Shown one piece after another: positions 1 through 11,395 of a stretch of DNA of 64,000 bases (position 1 is its first letter; each line of letters begins with the position of its first letter). Where the stretch lies: positions 1 to 64,000 of the forward strand of contig CAWCKY010000007.1 in the NCBI GenBank assembly GCA_963796275.1, given 5' to 3'. The translations under genes were made by a program, and so were the position numbers. Below the pieces are notes generated by a model. That model was not told where the DNA came from. It was given only the letters and a program-made list of their open reading frames with translations, and searched no databases. This DNA comes from an uncultured Acidobacteriota bacterium (GTDB lineage: Bacteria > Acidobacteriota > Blastocatellia > RBC074).

Positions 1-828
1 CATCAAAATTGATGTTGAAGGTTTCGGAGCAGAATGTAATCGAAGGTAGTAGGAGGTTTCTTGATCATAACAGGCCTGTAGTCATACTCGAAATGAACCA
101 TTTCTGCCTGGATGTCCTGCATAGGATTACAATTCCAGATTATATAGATTTCATGCGAAATATCTCCCCTTCCTTTACCACGCAGTCGATACTGATAATT
201 AAAACAAACATCGCCGAACTCCACGATTTAGATGCAGCTTATACTGTAATGTACGAGCACGTAGTCCATCAACGTTTCCCGAATCTTGTAGGCGGATTCG
301 ATATCTCAGTCGGACAGAAATTAAAGGAACTGGGTGCGACAGCTGGAGAATTTCGAGGCACAAACAATTTGCAACGCCTGATGTCGCAAAACCCCTGGGA
401 GGCTTATTCACGTTGAGCGGGCGCCTGAGAGGATTGCCGCAGGCGATTCATTCGACATTTCAATAACTATTCGCAACGATGGTGATGAAACCTGGTACGG
501 TTATGGAACTCATCCAGTTTACCTTAGCTATCATTGGAAGAGCAAGCCTGGTATGGTTACGGAACTCATCCAAGCTACTTCTGCTACCATTGGAAGAAAA
601 TTGATGGGGAAGAACATTGATGGGCAATACCTTATTTATGACGGTATACGGACCCAGCTTAAGTCCCAGATGGTACATCCAGGCGAATCTGTTGAAGAAG
701 TTATTCAGATTGTGGCTCCAGGTTTAATAGGCCGGTTCAAATTGATATTGACTTTTGTGCAGGAAGGTGTCTGTTGGTTTGAGGAGAGAGGGTTTGGAAC
801 AGCAATTCTTGAATTGGATATTCTGTAG
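1..828 (+). CDS. FkbM-family methyltransferase with C-terminal Ig-like domain; 5'-partial and frameshifted
   Basis: The first bases read IKIDVEGF and continue EQNVIEG after a 1-nt shift, giving the FkbM motif KIDVEGxE. The C-terminal pieces WYGYGTHPVYLSYHW and LTFVQEGVCWFE are typical of Ig-like domains in polysaccharide loci. Split across ORFs 9-416 and 553-828. Confidence 0.65.
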
Positions 829-842
829 AAAGGAAGGAAATA

Positions 843-1850
843 ATGAACAGAAAAAGTGCACTTATCACTGGTATTACCGGGCAAGACGGTAGTTATTTGG
901 CTGAGCATTTGCTGGCCAGGGATACGACGTGCACGGCATAGTCCGCCGCGTCGCAATAGAGGACCCCGACCGCAGGTTCGGCCGGATTACCCATTTGTTG
1001 GATCGAATCAAGCTATACGCCGCGAGCCTGGAAAGCTACCCCAGCATCTTCCAAGTCTTCAGCCAACAAAAATATGATGAGTGTTATCATCTCGCGGCGC
1101 AGAGTTTTGTAGCCGAGAGTTTCGCTGACGGGTTCTCTACTATGAATACCAACATCGATGGGACGCATTACATGTCTGGCGGCGTTGCGCGAGTTGCAAC
1201 CTGGTTGCAAATTCTACTTCGCCGGGTCGAGTGAAATGTTCGGCAAGGTACATGAAGTGCCACAAAAGGAGACCACGCCGTTCCATCCGCGCAGCCCGTA
1301 CGGCATCAGTAAGGTAGCCGGGTTTGATCTAACCAGAAATTATCGGGAAGCTTACGGAATGTATTGCTGCAGCGGTATATTATTCAACCACGAGGGGCCA
1401 CGGCGCGGGTTTGAATTTGTCACGCGGAAGATTAGTAGCGGAGCTGCGCGCATCAAGATGGGACTGGCGGATGAAATCCGATTAGGGAATCTCGATGCGC
1501 GGCGTGACTGGGGGCATTCTGCTGATTATGTGCGCGCAATGCACATGATGCTGCAACAGCTTGAGCCAGATGATTATGTCATCAGCACCGGAGAAACACA
1601 CAGTGTGCGTGAGTTCTGCGAGCTGGCTTTCGCCGAAGTCCATCTTGATTATCGCGATTTTGTCAAAGTAGATGACGCCTTTTATCGCCCCGCGGAAGTC
1701 GATCTGTTGATCGGGGATTCTTCCAAGGCGCGGCGAATACTCGGCTGGGAGCCGAAGCATACATTCAGTGACCTGGTTGCTGAAATGGTTCAATCAGATT
1801 TAGCAAATATACAGCGAGCAATTGGAGCTGGGCGAGCAATGGCGCCCTGA
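843..1850 (+). CDS. gmd: GDP-mannose 4,6-dehydratase (two apparent frameshifts, near 918 and 1175)
   Basis: ATG at 843 gives MNRKSALITGITGQDGSYLAE. Later frames give YHLAAQSFV, SSEMFG, PRSPYGISK, FVTRKI and RDWGH. Confidence 0.93.
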
Positions 1851-1974
1851 CATCAGGTTCGAATGCCGAATACGTCCTGATTAAAGAGAGCTACCTTTGA
1901 CGAATATGAAAATCCTATTAAGCGTTATTTCAGATGGAGATACCGGCTTTGACGCCGCCGCGTCCCAACCGGGG

Positions 1975-2080
1975 CGAGGCCCGTCTACAATTTGTTCCGC
2001 TGCTCCGGCCGGCATCTGCTCGAATTCAACTTCGCTTGCGGCGCACTGGCGGGATTGGGTGTGACCTGGGTTTCGCGTAA
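1975..2080 (+). pseudogene. Short remnant resembling a YfhO-family membrane protein
   Basis: One frame reads PVYNLFRCSGRHLLEFNFACGALAGLGVTW, recalled as similar to YfhO segments. No proper start or full-length ORF. Confidence 0.35.
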
Positions 2081-2095
2081 CAGGAGTGATTTTAT

Positions 2096-2483
2096 ATGGC
2101 GCGCGATCAGGTCTGGGGTCGAGTGATGGCTCTGCTTGTCGAATCTACAGAGAACAATGGACTTCCAGGTCGGTTCTCAACCAGGAGCATATTACTCGAA
2201 GGGAAGGGAAGAAAAGGCATCGAGAATTGGCCGGAAGGACACCGAGCGAGGCCCTTGAATATCAGCGCCAGAAGCGAAATGAGTCATCGGCGAGGTGGTG
2301 GCGGGCGGTCAGACGGTGAAGCTCACGGTCGAAGAGTATACTGCGTTGGGAATAGATAAGGCGATCGAGGCTATTACAGCTCATATTCAAACCCAGTCGC
2401 TAGATAAGCCCCGGACTTTGGAACGCCACAGGAATGTCCCTGGTCACTTCAGCTTCGCTGTCGGACAAGTTTCTCCGGGCTAG
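2096..2483 (+). pseudogene. Degenerate N-terminal fragment of a tyrosine recombinase/integrase
   Basis: Pieces in three frames (REGKKRHRELAGRTPSEALEYQRQKRNE; AIEAITAHIQTQSLDKPRTLERHRNV) resemble arm-binding and core-binding regions of integrases. No catalytic domain is present. Confidence 0.4.
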
Positions 2484-2524
2484 TAACCGACAATTTCAAG
2501 GAACCTCAACGCCGCTTTCGGTGG

Positions 2525-3563
2525 CTAATGACTTCGCGCGTCGAAGAGAGATAGATGGTCGCCGTGCTTTTCCATTTGCAAACGCGCGTTCGGAAGCCGC
2601 TCGGCGACGAACCTAGATCCGGCTGGGTGCGCCGTATTGTCGTCGTTACTCGTGACCACGAGTGACATTTGCGTCACCTGGCCAAGCAGCGATGACACGT
2701 TCGTCTGCATGATGTCTCCGTTCGACTTGTCGTAGCGATGCAGCAGTTTCGCGTTTGCATACGGATATAGCACGATGTGCGCAATATCTTTGCGGAGGTT
2801 CTTTGGCATGCTGTACGAGAATACCTGGTGGATATATTCAGCCTGCGATTGGCTGCTGGCGACGACAGCCATCAACGCCTGTAGGTCATTCTGGTGTCTC
2901 GTCTTCGGACTGGCGGAACCGAGCTCATAATCGCCATGCCACAAGCTCAATGATTGAACCCGATCGTGCCGTTTTGCCGCCGCGGCAATCGCCACCACTG
3001 CCCCGCCGCAAAGTCCCATCAGGTGCGCATGCTGCACGCCATAATGTTCCATGACGGCATATAGGTCCGCAACATGCGCCTCCACATCATACGCCCACTC
3101 TAGGTCCGCCGTAGAGATCTTCAAACAACAAGCGGTTTTCCCAAGTGATGACAAAATGATTTTTGCCCAGAAAGCGCATCCAGCGCTCGCAGCTTTTCGC
3201 CGGCATGCCGCACGCAGATACCAGCACTACCGCCCTTTGGCGCGGCACTCCTGCGCTATAGCTGCGCAGCATTGCTCCGTCGAATGACCGTACCTTGGCG
3301 CGCGAAAACTGCGTGTCGAAGTCTTCTTCGACTGCCTCTGACACCAATTCGCCGACCGCGCCGGGATCACAGCCGAAATCGCCGTCCACGATCACATTGC
3401 TCCCGAGCGCCAGCCGCTTGCTGATCACTGACTCGAAAACGGACTGATCGCCCGCATTCGGAACGACCTGGAAGCGCGGGCCGCCGATGCGCTCCGCGAC
3501 GTCATTGATTACCGCTTCCATACGGCTGGCCTGTTCTGATGGAAGCAACAGCGCTCCCCTCAT
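2525..3563 (-). pseudogene. Alpha/beta-fold hydrolase with Cys nucleophile elbow; frameshifted, 5' end abuts the tnpB remnant
   Basis: ORFs 3087-3563 and 2525-3154 join. Motifs are AHLMGLCGGA (GxCxG), VVTSNDDNTA and HGDHLSLF. Confidence 0.65.
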
Positions 3564-3639
3564 CGTTCATCGGAAGCACACGAGAAGGCTGCTTCAGTGC
3601 GTCCGCAAGCGGTCTGACCGCCAACACGCCCCGGGCGAT

Positions 3640-4050
3640 GCGCGATACGCAGGCGGCCCAACTCGCTAAGACCTTCGGTTGCGCTCGCTACATTTACAAT
3701 CAGGCATTGGAGTATCGAACTATAGCTTGGCAGCAGGAGAAGCAGTCTGTCGGCTATCACCTAACTGCCGCGAAACTGACAGAGTGGAAAAAGGAGCCCG
3801 AGAAAGCCTTCCTCTCCGAAGTCAGTTCCGTAGTCCTCCAACAATCGCTGCGTAATCTCGATGCGGCATTCACAAACTTCTTCGCAAAGCGAGCGGACTA
3901 TCCCAAGTTCAAATCGAAACACGGATCACAGTCTGTCCGTTACGCCACCAACGCTTTCACATACAGAGACGGCCAGATCACGCTCGCCAAGCAATCCGAG
4001 CCTTTGGATATCTGCTGGAGTCGTCCGCTTCCTGATGATGCGGCGGCCTA
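3640..4050 (+). mobile_element. tnpB: IS200/IS605-family tnpB remnant (N-terminal HTH and OrfB_IS605 part only)
   Basis: LAKTFGCARYIYNQAL, FLSEVSSVVLQQSLRNLDAAFTNFF and YPKFKSK are present. The frame stops before the RuvC and zinc-ribbon regions. Confidence 0.88.
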
Positions 4051-4189
4051 AGGGCGTCGAAATCGCTTGGTCTAGCGAGAGAAAAAGGGGGAAGTTTCTT
4101 TTCAGTTTTCAGTTTTCGGATTAAAGTGATCGACTGGAATTGCGACCAACTGAAACCCGAAACCGAAATTAACTGCTGAGAGTCATAAT

Positions 4190-4981
4190 ATGTGGAAGGC
4201 AATATTTGCGTTGACATTGCTGGTTCTGCCTATGAGCGCCCAACAAAAGCGGCAGCTTAATGACGGCGAAATGCACGGAGATCCGCCGTTTCTACTGGAA
4301 GACGGATGGACGCCGCTGCTGAACGGAAAAGACCGCACGGGCTGGCACGGTCAGGGCGCCGACCAGAATCAGTGGCTCAGTACCACCGGCGTCTTGTGGG
4401 AGCGTTTGTTGGGGCCGACGCGACTCAGCGCTATGGGCCGCGGGTCGGGCGGCACGATTCTGAACGGGCCTTCTGGCAGGACAGTCAATCTGGTAACGGA
4501 TCAGAAGTTTGGCGACGTTGAGTTGTACCTGGAGTTCGTGCTCGCCAAAGGCTCGAACTCGGGCATCTACTTGCATGGCCTTTACGAAGTCCAGGTCTTC
4601 GATAGTTGGGATTCGACCGAGCCGGTGACGACGTCCGATTGCGGCGCCATCTATCACCGCTGGATCGACAATCTGGGCGTGGGCGGGTCGGCGCCAAGCC
4701 GCAACGCCTCGCGGCGACCCGGCGAATGGCAGTCGTTTTACATCTGGTTCCGCGCACCGCGCTTCGACGCTACGGGGAAAAAGACCGAGAACGCGAAATT
4801 CATTCGGGTCCTGCACAATGGTCTTTCGGTTCAAAACTATGTTGAAGTAGACGGGCCGACGCGAGCGGCGATGGGGCATGCCGAAGCGCCGCTCAACCCG
4901 ATAATGTTACAAGGCGACCATGGGCCGGTGGCGTATCGGAACATTTATGTGCGCTCGCTTCGGGAGATCATCAAACGATGA
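4190..4981 (+). CDS. DUF1080 (3-keto-disaccharide hydrolase-like) secreted protein
   Basis: Signal peptide; GWTPLLNGKD, NSGIYL, YEVQVFDS, GEWQS, LQGDHGPVAYRNI. Confidence 0.9.
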   Translation: MWKAIFALTLLVLPMSAQQKRQLNDGEMHGDPPFLLEDGWTPLLNGKDRTGWHGQGADQNQWLSTTGVLWERLLGPTRLSAMGRGSGGTILNGPSGRTVNLVTDQKFGDVELYLEFVLAKGSNSGIYLHGLYEVQVFDSWDSTEPVTTSDCGAIYHRWIDNLGVGGSAPSRNASRRPGEWQSFYIWFRAPRFDATGKKTENAKFIRVLHNGLSVQNYVEVDGPTRAAMGHAEAPLNPIMLQGDHGPVAYRNIYVRSLREIIKR

Positions 4982-7348
4982 GCAGAAGAAATCTACTACG
5001 TTCAGCGATCATCTTGCTTCTATCCCCGCTTTGCTGGCTGGCGGCGGGGTTACCTGCATATCAAGCGCAAAGATTGCAAAGCGGTGCAGAATTCGAGCGG
5101 TCCATTCAACCGTTCCTGGCCTCGAATTGTTACGATTGCCACAACGCGCAACTCAAGTCGGGCGGACTGAATCTTGAGGCTTACCAAACAGCAGCTTCCG
5201 TAATTCAAGATCGAGAGATGTGGGAGCGCGTGCTGCAGAAACTGCACGCAGGTGAGATGCCCCCCAAAGGCATGCCGCGTCCGAAGGAGGAGGAACTGAA
5301 CGCGGTCGTCCGGTGGATCGAGAAGCTATTCGAAGAGGCGGACCTACAGGCCAGGCCCGATCCCGGACGGGTGACGGCGCGCCGGCTGAACCGCAACGAG
5401 TATGCAAACACCATCCGCGATCTGCTGGGAGTCGACTTCCGCGCCGATAAGGAGTTCCCAGTAGATGATTCCGGCGACGGTTTCGATAACATCGCCGACG
5501 TGCTGACGATCTCTCCCGTGCTGATGGAGAAATACATGGACGCCGCTGAGCGGATCGCTGCCACGAGTCATTGGGGCTGACCCGCTTCCTAAAAAACCGA
5601 TCGAGGCGGAGTACAGCCGGAAGGACATGACCATCCGGCGGCTCGATGCAAGCACCGTCGAAGTGACGCATCGCATCGAGTGGGATGGCGAATATATCGT
5701 TCGCTTCGGCCTGCCCGGAGAACGCGGCGCGGATGCGAAGCCCGTGACCATGGGCTTCTGGATGGACGGCAAGCTGCTGCATACGATGCATGTCGAAACC
5801 AAGCCTTCAAAGCTCGTCTACTTCGATCCGTACTCGGAGGAGGAGGTACGGCTGTTTCTGCCCGAAGGCGATCATACTTTCCGCGCCGCCTTTATCAATG
5901 ACGAGTTCGTCAAAGGCCTTCCGGAGAAGGAAGTCTACGACAACAAGAAGAATAAGTTCATCGGTTCGATGATCTTCATCGGGCCTTTCCCATCCAAGAC
6001 TGAGAAAGCAAGCCGGAAGAAAATCCTGATCTGCGATCCGAATTCCGGGACGGCTTGCGTAGAAAAGATCATTTCCACGCTCGCGCGTCGCGCTTATCGC
6101 CGCCCGGTGACGAAGAACGAAGTCGCGTCATTGATGAAACTGGCCAGCACTGCGAAGGGCGGGGGTATGAGGGGATGAGCGTGGAGCAGGGCATCCAGGT
6201 GGCTATTCAGGCGATGCTGGTCTCTCCGCACTTCCTGTTCCGCATCGAACGCGATCCGGATCCGACGGACCCGGCTAAAATTCGCAAAATTTCTGACCTT
6301 GAATTGGCATCGCGCCTGAGCTACTTCCTCTGGAGTTCCATGCCGGACGATGAGTTGCTGAACCTGGCTGAGGCCGGCAAGCTGCGCGCGCCCGGGGCGG
6401 TCGAAGCGCAGGTCGAAGCGCATGCTGGCTGACGAGAAGGCGGCCGCGTTGGCTGACAATTTCGCCGGACAATGGCTGGAGACGCGCAACCTGGATGTAG
6501 TCAAGCCGGATCCGCAGAAGTTTCCGTCCTGGAGTCCGGAGTTGCGTGACGCGATGAAGATCGAGACCAGAATGTTCTTCGAGGCAATGTTGCGCGAGAG
6601 TCGCCCCCTCTCGGACTTTCTGGACGCGAAGTTCACCTTTCTGAATGAGCTGCTGGCGAAGCACTACGGGATCGAGGGCGTCAACGGACAGGAGTTTCGC
6701 CGGGTGGAGTTGAAAACCGACCAGCGCGGTGGGGTCTTGAGCCACGCCAGCGTTTTGACCGTTTCAAGCTATCCGACGCGAACCTCTCCCGTGATCCGTG
6801 GGAAGTATTTACTGCAGAATATTCTCGGCGCTCCACCTCCTCCACCGCCACCTGACGTGCCGGTTCTGGACGAGGAGGCAGTAGGCAATGCCGGCTCTCT
6901 GCGGCAGCAACTTGAAAAGCATCGCTCTAACCCTACCTGTGCTTCCTGCCACAACCGGATGGACGTGCTCGGCTTCGGCCTGGAGAACTATGATGCGATC
7001 GGCCGGTGGCGCGCTATGGACGGCAAGTTCCCAATTGATGCCAGCGGCACGTTTCCGAACGGAAAATCTTTCACCAGTCCAGCAGAGATGAGGGCGTTGC
7101 TCAAAGGAGAACTCCCTGCGTTTGCCCGATGTTTGACTGAGAAGATGCTGACATACGCGCTGGGCCGTGGGCTGGAACGGTATGACAAGAGAACGGTCAA
7201 TGACATCACGCGGAAATTGGATGCCTCTGGTGGTCAATTCCAGACGCTCATCTATGAAATCGTTCAGAGCCTGCCATTCCAATCACGGCGAGGCGAGGCG
7301 CTTTTGCGAGATAACGCAGCGAAACCTAAGGAGGTAGTCAAACGATGA
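4978..7348 (+). CDS. Planctomycete-type cytochrome c protein with DUF1587/1595/1592/1588/1585 domains (three apparent frameshifts)
   Basis: CYDCH, EMPPK, RRLNRNEYANTIRDLLG, ELASRLSYFLWSSMPD, TSPVIRGK, CASCH and GFGLENYDAIGRWR. Spread over ORFs 4978, 5627, 6055 and 6422. Confidence 0.88.
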
Positions 7349-8688
7349 TGACACGAAAGGCAATTCCTAGAAGAATGATTCTTAAGGGAATGGGGACGGC
7401 TATTGCCCTTCCTTTCCTTGATGCTATGACCCCAGCGCTGGCGTCTAGCAATATTCCGGGCGAGACGCCGGTGAGGATGATGTTCGTGTACGTGCCTAAC
7501 GGCATCATGATGCAGCATTGGAATCCAAACTATGAAGGGAAGCTTCGCGAGCTGCCGCGCATTCTGCAGCCGCTCGAGCCGCTCAAGGATGATATCCTCC
7601 TGCTCGGCAACCTGACGAACAATTCCGGGCGGGCCTGGCTGGACGGACCCGGCGATCATGGCCGCTGCTGTGGCTCCTATCTCACCAGCGTTCACGTGCG
7701 CAAAACCACCACTGATATTCTGTCGGGGGTTTCCTGCGATCAGATCGTCGCCAACCAAATTGGCGGCAAGACCCGCTTTCCGTCACTCGAGGTGGGCATT
7801 GAAGACGCTCGTCAGGCGGGCGACTGCGATTCGGGCTACTCCTGCGCCTACACGAACAATCTGGCCTGGAAGAGCGAGGCCCAGCCGCTGCCGCCGATTC
7901 TGAACCCGCGCCAGTTATTCGAGCGACTATTTGGCAGCGGCATTGCGTTAAGTCCGGAAGCACGCGCGCAGCAGAACAAAATCCGGCGCAGCGTGATGGA
8001 CCTGGTCATTGCCGACACGAAGAAGCTTCAATCCACACTGGGTCCGACGGACAAGCGCAAATTGGACGAATACCTCTCGTCAATTCGCGAGATCGAACGC
8101 CAGCTTGAGAAGGCCGAGCAGGACAAGGCACAGATCGATCCTGGTATGGAGAAACCTTACGGCATCCCAGCTGACTTTGCTGAGCACTTCAAGTTAATGA
8201 CCGATATGGTGACGGTGGCATTTCAGGCAGATCTCACCCGCGTCGTGACCTTCATCGTCACCCGCGAGGGTACCTCGCGCTCCTACCGCGAGATCGGCAT
8301 CCCGGACGGCCACCACCCGCTCACGCACCATCGCAACGACCCCGGGATGATGGAGAAGGTTACTCAGATCAACACATATCATATGCAACAGTTTGCGGCA
8401 TGGATCGCGCGGTTGAAGGCGATCAAGGAAGGCGACTCGACTTTGCTCGATAACTCAATGATCGTATACGGTGCTGGCCTTTCCGACGGCAACCGGCACA
8501 CGCACGAAGACGTGCCGACGCTCATCGCAGGGCGCGGCGGTAAATTCATCAAGGGTGGCCGTCGCATCATCTACCGCAGAGAGACTCCGTTGGCGAACCT
8601 CTTCCTGACGATGATGGATCGCATGGGCGCCCAGGTGGAGCATTTCGGCGATTCGACAGATCGGCTCGAGGGCCTGGATCTCAGTTAA
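7345..8688 (+). CDS. DUF1552 domain protein
   Basis: Tat-like RRMILKG, FVYVPNG, DKRKLDEYLSSIREIE, GHHPLTHH, LLDNSMI. It is the usual partner of DUF1592 proteins and overlaps the upstream stop. Confidence 0.92.
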   Translation: MMTRKAIPRRMILKGMGTAIALPFLDAMTPALASSNIPGETPVRMMFVYVPNGIMMQHWNPNYEGKLRELPRILQPLEPLKDDILLLGNLTNNSGRAWLDGPGDHGRCCGSYLTSVHVRKTTTDILSGVSCDQIVANQIGGKTRFPSLEVGIEDARQAGDCDSGYSCAYTNNLAWKSEAQPLPPILNPRQLFERLFGSGIALSPEARAQQNKIRRSVMDLVIADTKKLQSTLGPTDKRKLDEYLSSIREIERQLEKAEQDKAQIDPGMEKPYGIPADFAEHFKLMTDMVTVAFQADLTRVVTFIVTREGTSRSYREIGIPDGHHPLTHHRNDPGMMEKVTQINTYHMQQFAAWIARLKAIKEGDSTLLDNSMIVYGAGLSDGNRHTHEDVPTLIAGRGGKFIKGGRRIIYRRETPLANLFLTMMDRMGAQVEHFGDSTDRLEGLDLS

Positions 8689-8795
8689 GTCGAAACACAG
8701 AACCTTCGGACGGATTTGCCCACGTGGGACAACCAACTATAAGGCAGGAGGCACGAGCTACACGCTGACGGACGCTTCTAATAATGAGGATTATT

Positions 8796-8870
8796 CAGAC
8801 AGGAATTACGGATTTGTCAGGATTCTCCTTCGATCCTGTACCTTCTGTTAAATTCTGTAAATCCTGTCTG
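8796..8870. repeat. Imperfect inverted repeat (REP-like intergenic hairpin)
   Basis: cagacaggaattacgga...ttctgtaaatcctgtctg; the arms are complementary. Confidence 0.55.
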
Positions 8871-8936
8871 GATTTCCTTTCATGTCGCAGAGGCAGTAAA
8901 CCCGGCTCTATCTCTCAATTTTAGATGAGGTTCTAG

Positions 8937-9986
8937 ATGCAAGCTCAAGGACAAGAGAAAACCACGATCGGGATCATTTTCGATGCCGGTCTCGGCAATA
9001 GCATTGACGAGGCTCTGGCTTTGGCGTTGCTCTACGGCCTCGACGGCAAGGGCGAAGCGCGCGTCATCTCTCTCAGCATCAGCAAGCCTAATCTGAAAGC
9101 TGCTGCTCTCTGTGAAGTGATCGGACGTTTCTATGCTGGGGTCGCGAGTGGAGCGTTCGGGGCAGTTGGAAGAACTTTGCCGGTCGGCCTCGTCGATGAG
9201 GGTATGCTGCCGGAAGACACGCCGATGTTGACGGCACCGCTGTCGCGGCGGGATGAAGAGGGAAAGCCTCTCTACAGTCACGGCATCGAGAAGCTCAGTG
9301 ATACGGCTGAGATAAGGGCGCTGATTCGGAACGCGCTCACGGCGCAGCTTGATCAGAGCTGCATCATCATTCTGACCGGGCCTGCGACCAACCTCGCCAG
9401 GGTTCTCGATTTACACGGTATCAAGGAGTTGATTTCACGCAAGGTGCGTTTTCTATCAGTAGCGGGCGGAGCTTACCCGACCAACTCTGATAGACTGCCG
9501 CAGTTCAATATCAAGACCGACATCGCAGCGGCGAAGAAGCTCTTTGCCGAGTGGCCTACGCCCATTGTAGCCTCGGGCGACGAAATCGGCGCGTCGTTGC
9601 TTTTCCCAGCAGCCAGCATTGAAAAGGATTTTGCGTGGTCGGCTGCCCATCCCGTAGTTGACGCCTATCGCGCGTACAAACAGATGCCGTATGACGCTCC
9701 GACATGGGCGCTGACTGCGGTTCTCTATGCCGTTCGACCTCAAGCAGGTTATTTCAACCTGTCCGAGCCTGGTGCGATCAGCGTGCTCGACGACGGTCGC
9801 ACGAAGTTCACACCGTCGCCTGAAGGCCACCACCGTTACCTCATCCTGGACCCGGCGCAGCAGGAGCGCGTTATTAAAACGTACACGGAGATCGCCAGCG
9901 CGAAGCCGGTACCGCGGCAACCGCGGCGCCGTTCACAACAGCGGCAACAGCAGCAGGCGCAGCCCAAGCCGCCTTCCGACAGGTAG
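8937..9986 (+). CDS. Nucleoside hydrolase (IU-NH)-like protein
   Basis: IIFDAGLGNSIDEALALALL, TGPATNLA, FNIKTD, WPTPIV. The canonical DxDxxxDD motif is degenerate. Confidence 0.75.
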   Translation: MQAQGQEKTTIGIIFDAGLGNSIDEALALALLYGLDGKGEARVISLSISKPNLKAAALCEVIGRFYAGVASGAFGAVGRTLPVGLVDEGMLPEDTPMLTAPLSRRDEEGKPLYSHGIEKLSDTAEIRALIRNALTAQLDQSCIIILTGPATNLARVLDLHGIKELISRKVRFLSVAGGAYPTNSDRLPQFNIKTDIAAAKKLFAEWPTPIVASGDEIGASLLFPAASIEKDFAWSAAHPVVDAYRAYKQMPYDAPTWALTAVLYAVRPQAGYFNLSEPGAISVLDDGRTKFTPSPEGHHRYLILDPAQQERVIKTYTEIASAKPVPRQPRRRSQQRQQQQAQPKPPSDR

Positions 9987-10093
9987 AGAAATTTTCAAGT
10001 GTAAAGTATTTTACGAGCAGCACGAAGGTTCCACCTGGGATCTTGCTGGGAATCTAACTTACCAATCAAAACTTTAACCAAGGAGATCAGACA

Positions 10094-10483
10094 ATGAAGA
10101 CTAGAATCGCGTTTCTCTTCTTTTGCTTTTGCTTTGTGATGATGGCTTTGACATTGGTTCATGCCGCTGACATCAACGGCAAATGGACGGCCCAAGTTCC
10201 CGGACGTCAGGGCAATACGCAAGAGACCACATTTACTCTCAAGGTCGAGGGAGACAAGCTTACTGGGAGCGTGTCAGGACAGCAAGGCGAGACGCCGATT
10301 ACCGATGGGAAAGTCAGTGGTGACGAAATCTCGTTTACAGTGACCCGTGAACGTCAGGGCAATACGATCAAGCAGATTTTCAAAGGCAAGCTCGCGGGTG
10401 ACGAAATCAAATTTACGCGCACCATTGAAGGCAGACAAGGTGACCGGCCTCCCGTCGAATTCACCGCCAAAAGGGCGAAATAA
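10094..10483 (+). CDS. Small secreted beta-rich hypothetical protein
   Basis: RBS aaggag, signal peptide, ADINGKWTA...GDKLTGSV...DGKVSGDEISF pattern. Confidence 0.8.
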   Translation: MKTRIAFLFFCFCFVMMALTLVHAADINGKWTAQVPGRQGNTQETTFTLKVEGDKLTGSVSGQQGETPITDGKVSGDEISFTVTRERQGNTIKQIFKGKLAGDEIKFTRTIEGRQGDRPPVEFTAKRAK

Positions 10484-10675
10484 AACGCATGCGCAAGGTT
10501 CCCGTGTCTGACAATCCAATGGGTCCGCTTGCTGCCGGACACGTTTGGTTATGAAACATCTTATCGGTTCGTTATTGCTCATCGATTTCGGGGCTAATTG
10601 TCCTGCGCAGACATCACCGCCCACGTCAGTCCGCGCCCTGGCGATATGAAAGAATGATGAAAAGCCTAATCATCG

Positions 10676-11395
10676 TTAACCACGACCGAGAAACGGCTGC
10701 TCGATGTGCAGCGCCGTGACCTCGAGCATGTTGACGTGCGGCGGAAGCTCGGCCATCGCGAGCGCGGCCATCGCGATATCTTCGGGCGTCATCATCGGCT
10801 CAGAGTCGCCGGCGCGTTTCTCGACCATGACGTTGCCCGGGTGCAAAATTCCGCACGATATTCCGTGATCTCGACCTTCGAGCGCAGTCACCTGCGTCAA
10901 CCCCCGTAAGCCATGTTTGCTCGTACTGTACGCGGCGGATTTAGGCCGTACGCGCTGCGAGGCGATCGACCCGATATTGATGATCCGTCCGCCGCGTTGC
11001 GCCTTCATAATTCTGAACGCTTCGCGCGTGCAGAGTAGGGGGCCGCGCAGATTGACGGCCATAATCGAATCCCACGACTCGACCGTCATTTCGTCGATCG
11101 GAGCATATCCCGAAAATGACCCTGCGTTGTTGACCAGAATGTCCAACCTGGCGAATCGATCCATCGCCAGGCGAAAAACTTCCTGAACCTGTTTCTCTTC
11201 GGTCACGTCCGCGGGTACTACCAGTACCTCGGCACCGCTTCGTTTCAGGGTTTCAGCTGTTTCGTTAAGCAAGGCAGCGTCGCGAGCAGTCAAAATCAAA
11301 GCCGCGCCTTCCGCGGCGAAAGCTTGGGCGATGCCGCGCCCAATGCCCCGGTTTGCGCCCGTGATCAAGGCGATTTTGCCTTCAAGTCTTCGCAT
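10676..11395 (-). CDS. Short-chain dehydrogenase/reductase
   Basis: TGANRGIG, LVNNAG, YSTSK. Start moved to ATG 11395, which follows a GAGG RBS. Confidence 0.92.
   Translation of the reverse strand: MRRLEGKIALITGANRGIGRGIAQAFAAEGAALILTARDAALLNETAETLKRSGAEVLVVPADVTEEKQVQEVFRLAMDRFARLDILVNNAGSFSGYAPIDEMTVESWDSIMAVNLRGPLLCTREAFRIMKAQRGGRIINIGSIASQRVRPKSAAYSTSKHGLRGLTQVTALEGRDHGISCGILHPGNVMVEKRAGDSEPMMTPEDIAMAALAMAELPPHVNMLEVTALHIEQPFLGRG

Noticed and set aside
3539-4051. tnpB as an active RNA-guided nuclease or Cas12f-like system
   Set aside because: Only the N-terminal third is present, with no RuvC, no zinc finger and no recognisable right end or array.
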